Shown piece after piece: positions 43,101 to 53,760 of a DNA stretch of 64,000 nucleotides (position 1 is its first letter; each line of letters starts with the position of its first letter). Source of the DNA: Macrostomum lignano (Eukaryota). The stretch spans positions 1-64,000 of the forward strand of contig NIVC01001698.1 of NCBI GenBank assembly GCA_002269645.1, given 5' to 3'. Under the pieces are notes generated by a model. That model made no database searches. It was not told the DNA's origin and saw nothing but the letters and a program-made list of their open reading frames with translations. Made by a program: the position numbers and the translations under genes.

Positions 43101-46100
43101 AAATGAGGATAGACATGGAAATGACGATGGACTTGGAAAGGAGGATAGACCTGGAAATTAAAGTAGGCAAGGAAATGAGGGCAGGCATATATGAATGAAC
43201 CGAAAATGAACAGAGTGAATGGAGAAACAACAGAGAAACATAGCAGCATACAGAGGTGTCTACTCTAAATAAATGAGAGTAGAGAGAAGACAGGGCAAAA
43301 TCCAAGTAACCGGAAGTGAACTCACTTGAAGCGCGGGCAGCAGCGGCCCGTTAGCCAGGAACTGGGCGGCCCGCTCCGTCTCGTTGGTCAGCCAGAGCTC
43401 GGCCACGCGCGACACGTCGGCAATGCCGGTCAGAGTTTCGTTGATCTACGCGGGGCGGGGAGGGGAGCCGGCGGCTAGCCGTCAAAAGTATTTCTGAACT
43501 GTTGGGAGTCACCTGAGATTCACATAAGCTAAGATTCACTCTTATATACAAACTAAGATTCACTCTTATAAAAGCTAAGATTCACTCTAATACAAGCTAA
43601 GATTCACTCTTATATACAAACTAAGATTCACTCTTATAAAAGCTAAGATTCACTCTTATACAAGCTAAGATTCACTCACACAAGCAAAGATTCACTCCCC
43701 CATAAGCTGAGATTCACTCGTCTATAAGATTCACTCCTCCCCATACACTGAGATTCACTCCTCCATAAGCTGAGATTCACTCTTATACAAGCTAAGATTC
43801 ACTCACACAAGCAAAGATTCACTCCCCCATAAGCTGAGATTCACTCGTCTATAAGATTCACTCCTCCCCATACACTGAGATTCACTCCTCCATAAGCTGA
43901 GATTCACTCCTCCATAAGCTGAGATTCACTCTTATACAAGCTAAGATTCACTCACACAAGCAAAGATTCACTCCTCCATAAGCTGAGATTCACTCCTCCG
44001 TAAACAGAGATTCACTCCTCCGTAAGCAGAGATTCACTTCTATACAAGATTCACTCCTACATAACTTGGAGTCATTCCTAATCGAGCTGAGAGTCAGCAA
44101 AACATGCCAGACGCCCCAGCCTCACCCGCCGCAGGTGTCGCCGAACCGACTCCGTGTCAGGCGAATAAGCGATCTCGCCGAACGCCAGCACGGAGAGCGA
44201 GTCGAAGCCCAGGCTGCTCAGCAGGCTGCCGACGCTGCCCAGCAGGGCGAACTGGTAGCTGGCGTTGAAGCAGACTGGGGGCGGAGAGCGGAGACGCCAT
44301 GCAATTCTGCACTCTTGAAATCCAAGAAAAAATCCCCCACTTATCCCAATCCTTATCTTCCCCAGCACAGAACGGGAAAATAAAAAAAGAGAACAGCGTC
44401 ACAGGCCGCGTTTCCGTTCAGGCGCCCCCCTCCAGTCATATATGCGCAACCCCCCCCCTGATTTACACTGGCCGTGCGACTTATTTTTTGGCTAAAAATG
44501 CGACTTACCTGTGAAAGAACCCTAGAGCAAAAATTACTCTAAAGTTTTGGGTAAACGGCAGGAGTAACTATCACTGGTTTATTTAGGCTAAATGCCTCGT
44601 CATCTAATTAGTACTAATAAGTCTGTATTCTTTCGGCTGGGCATTTTTGCGACTTACCCCTGATCCACCACAATTTACGGTGGCTGGATTGGCCAGGTCG
44701 GCCAGCAGTTGCGCCCGGCTCTAGGCATCTACATGTACATCCCAGACCAGGAATGAAGCACAAAGATGAGCTGCAAGGCCCTCCAAACAGCCAAGGCACT
44801 CACACTGCTCAGGCTGCGCCAGCTCCACAGCGTCCAGATCGACAAGGCGACGCGCGGCGCTAGAGTTGCCAGATTCGTCGGCCTCGCCAACTGGCGGCAA
44901 TGTCGGCCGCGCCTCCGGCCCCGCATGCTTAGTGTCAGGCTTGCGGGCTCGGCCGGCCAGTCTGGCCCGCAGCCGGCCAGTGATCTGACGCAGGGTGCTG
45001 GCGCCGTGGCCGCAGGCGACGTCCGACAGGCGCTCCAAGCGGTCCAGCATGGCCAGCGCGGTGGGCGGCGAGGCCGTCGCCTCGGAGGCGGTGGTCGCGG
45101 GTTCGAGTGCGGCGATGCGTGACCAAAAGTCGTCCAAGAAGTTCAGCACGCCGGCGTCCTTTAAAGAAACCAGCTGAGGGAATCGGATGGGGAGTTGTGG
45201 GTTGCTTTGGCTGGGAGAGAACTGGTAGATTCTCTCTTGAGATCCCACTGGCACTGACTCTTGAAACCCACTCTCTAGATACCACGCTGACTTTCTCGAA
45301 ACCCCGCTGACTCACTTGGGATCCCGCTGACTCACTTGGGATCCCATTGACTCACTTGAGATCCCACTGACTCACATGGGATTCCACTGACTCACCTAGG
45401 ATTCCACTGACTCACTTGGGACCCCGCTGACTCACTTGGGATCCCACTGACTCACCTGGGATCCCACTGACTCACTTGAGATCCCATTGACTCACTTGAG
45501 ATCCCACTGACTCACATGGGATCCCACTGACTCACATGGGATCCCACTGACTCACTTGGGATCCATTGACTCACTTGAGATCCCACTCTCTTGAGATCCC
45601 ACTGACTCACTTGAGATCACATTGACTCACTTGAGATCCCACTGACTCACTTGAGATCCCATTGACTCACTTGAGATCCCACTGACTCACTTGAGATCCC
45701 ACTGACTCACATGGGATCCCACTGACTCACTTGGGATCCCATTGACTCACTTGAGATCCCACTCTCTTGAGATCCCACTGACTCACTTGAGATCACATTG
45801 ACTCACTAGAGATCCCACTGACTATCTTCAGATCCCACTGACTCTCTTGAGACCCCGCTTTCTTGAGATCCCACTGACTCTCTTGAGATCCCACTGACTC
45901 TCTTGAGATCCCACTCACTCTCTTGAGATCCCACTGACTCTTTTGACATCCCACTGATTCCCTTGAGCTCCCATTGACTCACTTGAGATTCCATTGACTC
46001 AATTGGGATCCCATTGACTCACTTCAGATCCCACTAGATTATCCAGCACTTCTACTCCTTCTACCAAGTATTCAACACTTAAAAAAGTTTCCCATGCGCA

Positions 46101-49100
46101 GAAATGAAAACTCGAATGATACTACTTAACTCACCTTGCTGATCACAGGCTTCAAAGAAACAGCATCAGAAAAACGGATTGGCAGCGGGATGCTATCTCG
46201 GTCGGATGAGGCCAGCTGTTTTTGTAAATAAGAAATCATTTTTTGATACCTTCAATTAACCCTTCACACACTGACCTTAATTGAACCTGTGGAAAGAAGA
46301 CTTACCTGGTCGACCAGCTGAACTGGGCTGAACATCTGGGCCAGGTTGCTACGGAAGCGGGCCTGAGAGCACAGAGACTGGCTAGCAACCAGGATGCACA
46401 CCGTCTGTGGAGCCTCCACGTCTGACGGCATGGACTGCGCCAAAAGCGCGCTTCTGAGCAAGAAGTCGAGGCGCAGGTTCAGCTTCTGAGGGATTGCGGA
46501 GATGTGAGCGAATTTCCGATGCACCTGCTGGCCTTTAATTAGACTTGAGCAGGGACCCGGGGTTTGGGGCAGCAAGAGGGTCAATGTCCCCCTTTTAATA
46601 TTGTTGAGACAGTATTAGACTCTGCTAAGTGTAGCTTGACGCTCATCGTGACACATTGGCGCTCATTCTGACACATTGGCGCTCATCCTGACACATTGGC
46701 GCTCATCCTGACACATTGGCGCTCATCCTGACACATTGGCGCTCATCCTGACACCTTGGCGCTCGTCTTGACACCTTGGCGCTCATCCTGACACCTTGGC
46801 GCTCATCCTGACACCTTGGCGCCCATCTTGACACCTTGGCGCTCGTCTTGACACCTTGGCGCTCATCCTGAAACCTTGGCGCCCATCTTGACACCTTGGC
46901 GCTCATCCTGACACCTTGGCGCTCATCCTGACACCTTGGCGCCCATCTTGACACCTTGGCGCTCGTCTTGACACCTTGGCGCCCATCTTGACACCTTGGC
47001 GCTTGTCTTGACATTTTTCTTGACATTTTGACGCCTCAATGCCGATTTTAGCACCTTAGCTTGCAACGCTTGGTTCAAAAGGGGGAGTGGTATTGCCCTA
47101 TGGGCGCCAACTATAAAGTCCCAGTTGGCCAATATTAATGAGATGCTAGTGCAGATGTCAATGGATCAACACCGCACGATTAAATGAACATTAAGAATGG
47201 ACAATGAGGGTTCGCACTGATCAAAATATCTGCACAGAAAATGACAAACTTCATTATTGCAGGCTTAGAAGGCTCTGCAGACTAGTATAGCAAAGAAACA
47301 AGTATAGACTCTAATAAGCTCAATTTTCACCTTCGGCAGAGGCACGGTGGCCGACATCAACTGCCGGATTTCATCGTCCGTAGCATTCACTCCGTTGAAC
47401 AGATCCTTCGGCCTGGTGAACAGCCTCTTCAGTGGCACCTGCTTCACTTCTGCAAAATCAATTTATTCACGGATTATTTAGCATACTGCATACGGATTAG
47501 CGATATAGGATTAGCGATATAGGATTAGCGATATAGGATTAGCGACATAGGATTAGCGACATAGGATTAGCGACATAGGATTTAGCGACATAGGATTAGC
47601 GATATAGGATTAGCGATATAGGATTAGCGATATAGGATTAGCGATGTAGGATTAGCGATATAGGATTAGCGATATAGAATTAGCGATATAGGATTAGCGA
47701 TATAGGATTAGCGATGTAGGATTAGCGATATAGGATTAGCGATATAGGATTAGCGATATAGGATTAGCGATGTAGGATTAGCGATATAGGATTAGCGATA
47801 TAGGATTAGCGATATAGGATTAGCGATATACGAGGGGCATCCCAAAAGTCCGTTCAGTCACTGAATAAAAACGCAACAGTGCAACAGGAAAGTTTAAAAA
47901 CTTCATAGGCCTTCAAAATAACTTCCATTGGCCGCAATCACACGCTGCCAGCGCTCTGGTAGTTTCTTGACTCCGTCAGTAGCGCCAGAATCACACAGGT
48001 GTTGAAGCACCTGGACGATGATGCTGAAGAGTTCGTCCAGGCAGTAGTAGCGGTGGCCTCGTAGCTGATTTTTTAGCTTTGGAAAGAGATCGAAGTCACA
48101 AGGACTCAGGTCGGGAGAATAGGCGGGATGAGGTAGGACTTCCCAGCCGTAGTTTGCCAGCAGCTCCTTGACAATCCGACCAGTGTGGGGGCTTGCGTTG
48201 TCATGCAGCAAAAGGGGTCCATTCGAAAGTGTCAGTGCTCGCTTCTTCTGGAGCGCTGGTCGAAGATGGTAAATAATAAAGCGTCTGTAATACTCCTGAT
48301 TTACAGTCTGTCCCTCAGGCACTCTGTGTACAAGAACCATACCAAAGTAATCATAGCAGACGATGAGCATCATCTTCTTGGACCCCTTGCTGCGCCTCAG
48401 GACTTCTGGCCGGGAAGACTGTGTGGCAGAACGGTCGCGCTGCTGCCATTCAGAATTCTGCGACTTTAGATTCGGCTCATATGAGCAGGCCCACGTCTCA
48501 TCTAAAGTCACAATTCTCTGAAGAAATTTCTCTCCCTCCTTCCGAAAGCGCTGCAGCAGCTGCTGGGCAACAGTTCTCCGACGATCCTTCTGTGCATCAT
48601 CCAGGTGGTGAGGCACCCATCGAGCTGTGACCTTCTGCAAGCCCAGATCTTCTGTTAAAATTCGGTGCACACTAGTAGATGGAATTCCAGTCAGTTCCTC
48701 CAGTTCTTCACAAGTCCACCGACGATCGATTTCGAGGATGCCCTTCACCAGCTCAACGTTGGCATCTGATCGAGACTCCCTTGGCCGTCCTGATCGCTGG
48801 CCATCCTCGATGTCGAATTGCCCATCTCTGAAGCGCGTATACCAATTGTACACAGATCTCTCAGTAAAGGCACGGTCTTTGAATGCTTCAACAAGTTGCC
48901 GGTGAACTTGCGCAGCTTTTGTTCCTCGCAAAAATTCGGCTTTGATGTACAAGCGTTGCTCGATATTGTTAACGTCCTCCATCAGTTAATCAGATCGGCC
49001 GAGTTTAAAATCACTAGACTGGTTAATTTATTATAACACTTCGAATACTCGATATATAAGCTCAAAATTTTATAAAGTTAAAGAGGGGTTGCTCTAGTAA

Positions 49101-50851
49101 ATAACTGTGAGCGGTTGAGCTCTTTACTCGTCGTTTATGGTAAAAACGGCACGTACTGAACGGACTTTTGGGATGCCCCTCGTAGGATTAGCGATATAGG
49201 ATTAGCGATATAGGATTAGCGATATAGGATTAGCGATATAGGATTAGCGATATAGGATTAGCGATATAGGATTAGCGATGTAGGATTAGCGATATAGGAT
49301 TAGCGATATAGGATTAGCGATATAGGATTAGCGATGTAGGATTTGCGATATAGGATTAGAGCGAGCCATCAAGGCACGTTTGCAGATTCTGTCCATTTCA
49401 TCTAGTTAAGCTTCAAGAATATTCTAGAAAGATCAGTGGCCGATTTCAGTTGATTCGGTTGGGAGCTGAACTTCCTGCTCCATCCCGGTGACTAGCATTC
49501 ACTTTCCTCTATTGAGAGTTTCCCCGACTGCTGATATGTAGCGTAAGATACTTTAGCAAGGCACTATCGCTGCACTAACAGGTGCAAGCATTCAGCGAAC
49601 TCACGATCTGGGTCAGTCCAGTTGGTGGGAAGAGCCTTCAGGGCCGCGGATGCCACCAAACGCGTGGTCCGATGCGCCATCAGCTTGTTGACAGCAGCCA
49701 GCGCAGTGCTGGCGTTGCCGTACCTGCGGGGATTGCGGCACTGCTCTGATTGGTTCGGAGTGCGGCTGTGCAGAATGCTTAAGATATAGCTTAAAGCAGG
49801 CTGGGAGTCTGGGCTTGCAACCCCCTACAGTCCAGTGGATGCAGGCTGGGAGTCTGGGCTTGCAACCCCCCTACAGTCCAGTGGATGCAGGCTGGGAGTC
49901 TAGGCTTGCAACCCCCCTACAGTCCAGTGGATGCAGGCTGGGAGTCTGGGCTTGCAACCCCCCTACAGTCCAGTGGATGCAGGCTGGGAGTCTGGGCTTG
50001 CAACCCCCCTACAGTCCAGTGGATGCAGGCTGGGAGTCTGGGCTTGCAACCCCCCTACAGTCCAGTGGATGCAGGCTAGGAGTCTGGGCTTGCAATCCCT
50101 ACAGTCCAGTGGATGCAGGCTGGGAGTCTGGGCTTGCAACCCCCCTACAGTCCAGTGCATGCAGGCTGGGAGTCTGGGCTTGCAACCCCCCTACAGTCCA
50201 GTGGATGCAGGCTGGGAGTCTGGGCTTGCAACCCCCCTACAGTCCAGTGCATGCAGGCTGGGAGTCTGAACTTGCAACCCCCCTACAGTCCAGTGGATGC
50301 AGGCTGGGAGTCTGGGCTTGCAACCCCCCTACAGTCCAGTGCATGCAGGCTGGGAGTCTGAACTTGCAACCCCTGCAGACCAAGGCAGCTCACTGCGAAG
50401 CCAATGAGAACAAAAACTGCGCATATATGTGGTCTAAATTTTATGTGAACAAAAGACGCAGACACGGGACGGGACGCACCATTCGCCATCTGCAGTCTCG
50501 TCCCTGGAGACGGACTCGCTGCTCTGGCAGACGCCCAGGTGACAGGCGGACCGCAGGGCGGCCAAGAGGCCGTCGGAGGCCAGCGGGGTCGGCCGGTAGT
50601 CGCACTCTGGGCTCGACCTGATGAAGTTCTGCGACTGACGCACCGCCACCAGGATCATGAAGAACACCAGCGGCATCACCAGCTCGATGGAGGTCTTTGC
50701 CTGCGGTGGAGCGAGTCCTATATTGCATGACACTACTCAGGAAGCTGGTCATAATAAGTAGGGAAATTCTTACCCATTGTCTCTGCTTCAGTTTAATGTT
50801 TTTCCATTGCAGCAGGTAAAATTGCTTGAAAAAATTTGTCATGTTTGGCAT
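28171..50851 (-). CDS. ABCA: Full-length ABC subfamily A transporter (ABCA1/4/7-like), 22 exons, 2402 aa: 50851-50774, 50700-50480, 49723-49605, 47449-47331, 46524-46306, 46215-46135, 45158-44804, 44274-44126, 43445-43326, 42084-41464, 40558-39379, 39283-38915, 38407-37953, 37484-36622, 36068-35384, 34766-34561, 34480-34042, 33246-33104, 32869-32611, 29199-28789, 28373-28301, 28214-28171
   Basis: N-terminal [14 protein letters not shown]; NBD1 FLGHNGAG|[20 protein letters not shown]|[11 protein letters not shown]; VWFDNRGY; NBD2 [39 protein letters not shown]; SVTQTSLDQ|VFI. All junctions are GT-AG and phase-consistent, and the exons sum to 7209 nt. The two last small exons and the start choice (50851 vs 50842) are less certain. 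Confidence 0.93.
28470..28765. repeat. 23-bp minisatellite (gccagccccaatcaggagagggt), ~13 copies, ABCA intron 20
   Basis: Visible tandem array. Confidence 0.95.
29296..29995. repeat. 36-bp minisatellite (ggtaggtgatccacctgccccaacagttcaccaacc), ~19 copies, ABCA intron 19
   Basis: Head-to-tail array with no spacers. Confidence 0.96.
30420..30830 (+). mobile_element. Decayed 3' end of a CR1/L2-like LINE
   Basis: [15 protein letters not shown] motif near the end of ORF 30429-30743. Confidence 0.45.
31075..32530. repeat. 19-20-bp minisatellite (gagagctacagatctcccat), ~73 copies with higher-order structure, ABCA intron 19
   Basis: Visible array; a marker variant recurs at 217-bp spacing. Confidence 0.97.
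33350..33965. repeat. 40-42-bp minisatellite (cccacactctaccccctacagtgcttttatgacctccaatat), ~15 copies, ABCA intron 17
   Basis: Visible tandem array. Confidence 0.94.
34889..35205 (+). mobile_element. tRNA-derived SINE, family A, copy 2 (ABCA intron 15)
   Basis: Shares cggcccaggctcgattccaagtgcagtcacattaattt...aatgcctctcgcc...aatgtcgctt.aagtgcgccagggt with 12786-13015; has a head deletion and an internal insertion. Confidence 0.75.
36275..36500. repeat. 58-bp tandem repeat built of ggtcaatggagtta / gtcatagg submotifs, ABCA intron 14
   Basis: Units start at 36341 and 36399. Confidence 0.85.
37555..37925. repeat. 18-bp minisatellite (gtctaccctgactaccca), ~20 copies, ABCA intron 13
   Basis: Visible tandem array. 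Confidence 0.96.
38515..38890. repeat. Mixed 7/11-bp repeat (gtgagca / gtgagcaggaa) followed by gcagacagtta units, ABCA intron 12
   Basis: Visible array. Confidence 0.93.
40958..41440. repeat. 38-bp dimeric minisatellite (two 19-bp subunits gggtgtacagtacagcata / gggtgtacagaataacaca), ABCA intron 10
   Basis: Visible alternation of subunits. Confidence 0.95.
42235..43160. repeat. 18-bp minisatellite (gacatggaaatgaggata), ~51 copies, ABCA intron 9
   Basis: Visible; source of the MEMRID, ILISMS and HFHVYP pseudo-ORFs. Confidence 0.97.
43515..44060. repeat. Variable 18-22-bp repeat with AGATTCACTC core, ABCA intron 8
   Basis: Visible; includes a multi-unit block duplication. Confidence 0.92.
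44549..44612 (+). other. 64-nt fragment homologous to eukaryotic 28S rRNA (helix 69-71 region) in ABCA intron 7
   Basis: Collinear with the conserved GGGTAAACGGCGGGAGTAACTATGACT-CTCTTAAGGTAGCC-AAATGCCTCGTCATCTAATTAGT: 25/27, 5/14 and 23/23 identities by hand. Not an rRNA gene. Confidence 0.85.
45305..46035. repeat. 20-bp minisatellite (gactcacttgagatcccact), ~36 copies, ABCA intron 6
   Basis: Visible tandem array. Confidence 0.96.
46640..47020. repeat. 20-bp minisatellite (gacaccttggcgctcatcct), ~19 copies, ABCA intron 4
   Basis: Visible tandem array. Confidence 0.96.
47831..49182 (-). mobile_element. Full-length mariner transposon, 1352 bp
   Basis: Perfect 28-bp TIRs (47831-47858, 49155-49182), TA duplication on both sides, single intact transposase ORF. 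Confidence 0.97.
47903..48982 (-). CDS. Mariner DD34D transposase, 359 aa
   Basis: ATG start, [31 protein letters not shown]; 34 residues between the second and third Asp. Confidence 0.96.
   Translation of the reverse strand: MEDVNNIEQRLYIKAEFLRGTKAAQVHRQLVEAFKDRAFTERSVYNWYTRFRDGQFDIEDGQRSGRPRESRSDANVELVKGILEIDRRWTCEELEELTGIPSTSVHRILTEDLGLQKVTARWVPHHLDDAQKDRRRTVAQQLLQRFRKEGEKFLQRIVTLDETWACSYEPNLKSQNSEWQQRDRSATQSSRPEVLRRSKGSKKMMLIVCYDYFGMVLVHRVPEGQTVNQEYYRRFIIYHLRPALQKKRALTLSNGPLLLHDNASPHTGRIVKELLANYGWEVLPHPAYSPDLSPCDFDLFPKLKNQLRGHRYYCLDELFSIIVQVLQHLCDSGATDGVKKLPERWQRVIAANGSYFEGL
49795..50372. repeat. 46-bp minisatellite (gcaggctgggagtctgggcttgcaacccccctacagtccagtggat), ~12 copies, ABCA intron 2
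   Basis: Visible tandem array. Confidence 0.96.
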
Positions 50852-52809
50852 GCAGCATGGCTGAAATTAATTAAAACAGACATTACTATATTAACCAGTG
50901 ATGCATACTACATTGATATAAAGAAAGAGAAGACAGAGTGCAACTTTAATGTGTTAAGAAACTAAAAACAAATTTATGCTTGTATTTATATTTTGTTTAA
51001 ATAAATTTTTTTATTATCTTGCCAACCCAATATTGCTAAAATTATTCCTCTATTAATCTATTTATTAAATAAATTTAAAGTCATTAGAACCAATATTTTT
51101 ATGTAATGAAGAATTAAACACTATAATATAATATATCAATTAATTCTTCATTACAATATTAATTTTTATCTATATTAATACAAATATATAAGAAATAAAA
51201 ACCAAAAAATTACTAGATTAAAAGTATAAATCAGTAAATTTAAATTTAACCAATTGCTTAGTTACAAAATTCTAAAACAAGCTTTAAAAAGTTATAAATA
51301 TTACTATTACCCTAAGACTAAGGCAAACAATGGATAAATAATCAGCAGTCCCAGTGTGTGACAACGATTGTCTGGCGAGCACCAGTAGGCACAAGCCATA
51401 GACAAATCGTTGTCACGTGCTGCGACCGCTGATTATTTGCATTGTTTTTCTGTTTGACGATCCTACAGACAATGCATTGTTTGTAGTAGTGGATTGTTCT
51501 GCATTAAAAATGTGAATAATGATTGTCAAATTGCTGAACAATGAATAACAAAACAATTAAAATAAAAAAGATATAGGCTAAATAAAAAAACTAAAAAATA
51601 GAAAATAAGTGCAAGCAAACTAAAAGGGTAGGACTCAAATAACCATTTTAAAAGATGAAATATTATAGCAATAAGTAATAAAAATATTAGATTGTAGAAT
51701 ATAAAATTATTCTTTGAAATAAAATTCAGCTAGCCTAAAGTAACATATTTAAAAAGAATTGCTTAGGATTGCTTAGGAATTGATAGAATTAATTAATCCT
51801 ATTATTATTATTATTAATTTGTCTTTCAAGATTGGCTAAGCCTATAACTTTAACCAAGTTACTAATATGGCACTCGATTGCTAAACTGGCCTATTATATC
51901 CTAGTAAATTATTGCACTATTGGCAACAAGCTAGCAAGCTAGGTATATGTCATCTAAGTTAATTTATAATGCTTATAGCTAAGTATACAAGATACTATTG
52001 CTGACACTAAGCACCCTTAGGCCTACTAATAGACAGGTGCATACCTAACATTTTGTCAATTGCCTGCTATCTGATGCTAGGCCTAGCATCTAAAATACTA
52101 TTAAGTAGCATAGGTTAAATTTGCACCTAGGCCCTAAACCCCCACTCTCAAATCTTACATATATGCCACAAAATTATGGTATACAATACAATGGTCATGG
52201 AAAAATTGTTGGCATAAAGTATCTGGCATATAGAAATCTGCTGAAAAAATTTGTGCCAAAGAGCCAGTGTATAGCGTAGCTATTGGCATACAAAAGACTT
52301 ACATTATTGTGTACATAATTCAACTATTTACCATCAAATGACAGTGGTGAAACTAGAAGATTGCCCATCTAATTTATTGCTGTTTTTAGGAACATTTCCA
52401 AGCAAATTCTATTAGTATAAAGTTGTAATCATGAAATAAGTAAGGTATTCAATGCACTGAAATTCTGAAAATTGTATTGATATACAGTGTAGTAGCAAAT
52501 TATAGAATACAGAAATACGATCCGACCGACACCAAAATAAAAATGTTTCCAGTGTGTTTCTATGAAAACTGACATTTAAAATTTTTTTCGTTTATCAATT
52601 TGTTTGCTCCATCAAGTGATTCCGTGGATCTGATCTCGTAATACGAGCTAGTTAATTATCTATCTCTGTTCGGAAATCACTTTGATAAGTAATAAAAAAC
52701 GCTTTAAATAATAAGCATCTAAACTCTTTATCTGAACATTTGATATCATTAAATAACTTTGAAAAGATAGACAGATGTCTGAAAAATACATCCATACTAT
52801 CACTATATT

Positions 52810-53760
52810 TATATATATATATTAGGACGCAGAGGGGAGGCCCCTTGCGCGCACACGCTCGCAGAACAGGCGGGAGGAGCAGGCAGCAGCAGCAATCTGA
52901 GGGGTCAGCTCAAGCGCCTGCAAGTCAGCGATGAGGCAGTCCGTTAGAGTAGCAGTGCGGGTCTGGCCGCGGCGCAATTGCTCGGTCGGCCGGTGCAGCA
53001 TGGCCAGGGCCGGAGGGACGGGCGCACCCCCGACCCAGGGTCCGTAGGCAGTGGCCCAGCAGCATCTGGCGGCGCCGGCGCAGGGTAGCGCTCAGGGGCG
53101 GAGTTCCAGCGCGGGCCATCAGAGCGTTGGTCGGCAGGCGATCCGGGTAGTGCACGCCCAGCGCGTAGCGCAGCAGCGATCGGTAAAGCGCGCGTCCAAG
53201 GCTCGCTCTCACGTTTCGGACAGCGGCACAGCCTCCATGCCGTACAGCAGGATCGGCTCGACGGCCGCGCGGAACAGGCGCACCTTCAGGTCGTCTCTGG
53301 CAGCTGAATTAAAAACTTCCTGATGAGGTGCGCGGCGCGCCAGGCCTGGTTCCTCCTGTCGGAGACAATCGCATCGGGGCTCATTGCCAGGGCGCCCAGG
53401 TACCGGAAGTCCTCGCACACCGCGATGCGATCTCCATTGGGCAGCGTTAGAGTTGGGGCGGTATTCGTGCCCACGTGCAGCGCCTCCGTCTTGCGAGCGT
53501 TCACTAGCAGCCCAACACGGGAAGACCTGCCGCGTGTCCGGGTTTCTCAGGTCGGCCCAGAGCGGGTGAGATGGCGCAGGCCGGAGCTTTTGCCAATGCA
53601 GATCAAAGTCGCATGCCACCAGGCGGTGATCAGATTGAACGCAGTCGGGGCGGATGTTGAGGCGATTGTCTCTGCGCACCCTGGACCTCAGAGTCCTGGA
53701 CCTGCGCACCCGCGCATACTACGCTCGTATCACTACCCGGCTCGTAACTCGTAACTTCCA
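52810..53760 (-). mobile_element. Internally deleted, frameshifted RTE-like non-LTR retrotransposon
   Basis: Endonuclease end (SDHRLVACDF), then RT C-terminus (NARKTE, FRYLG, KVRLFRAAVEPILLYGMEA, LRRRRQMLLGHCLR); (TA)n tail near 52810. Confidence 0.82.

Larger units (their letters stand above)
47500..49357. repeat. 14-bp minisatellite (taggattagcgata), 47500-47830 and 49183-49357, split by the mariner; ABCA intron 3
   Basis: The same unit continues in register on both sides of the element. Confidence 0.95.

Noticed and set aside
41446-43305. 619-aa ORF and the MEMRID / HFHVYP ORFs as repeat proteins
   Set aside because: The 18-bp unit has no stops in several frames; only 42084-41464 is real (ABCA exon 10, bounded by AG/GT).
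44549-44612. rRNA gene or group I intron context
   Set aside because: Only 64 nt of homology; the flanks are not rRNA.
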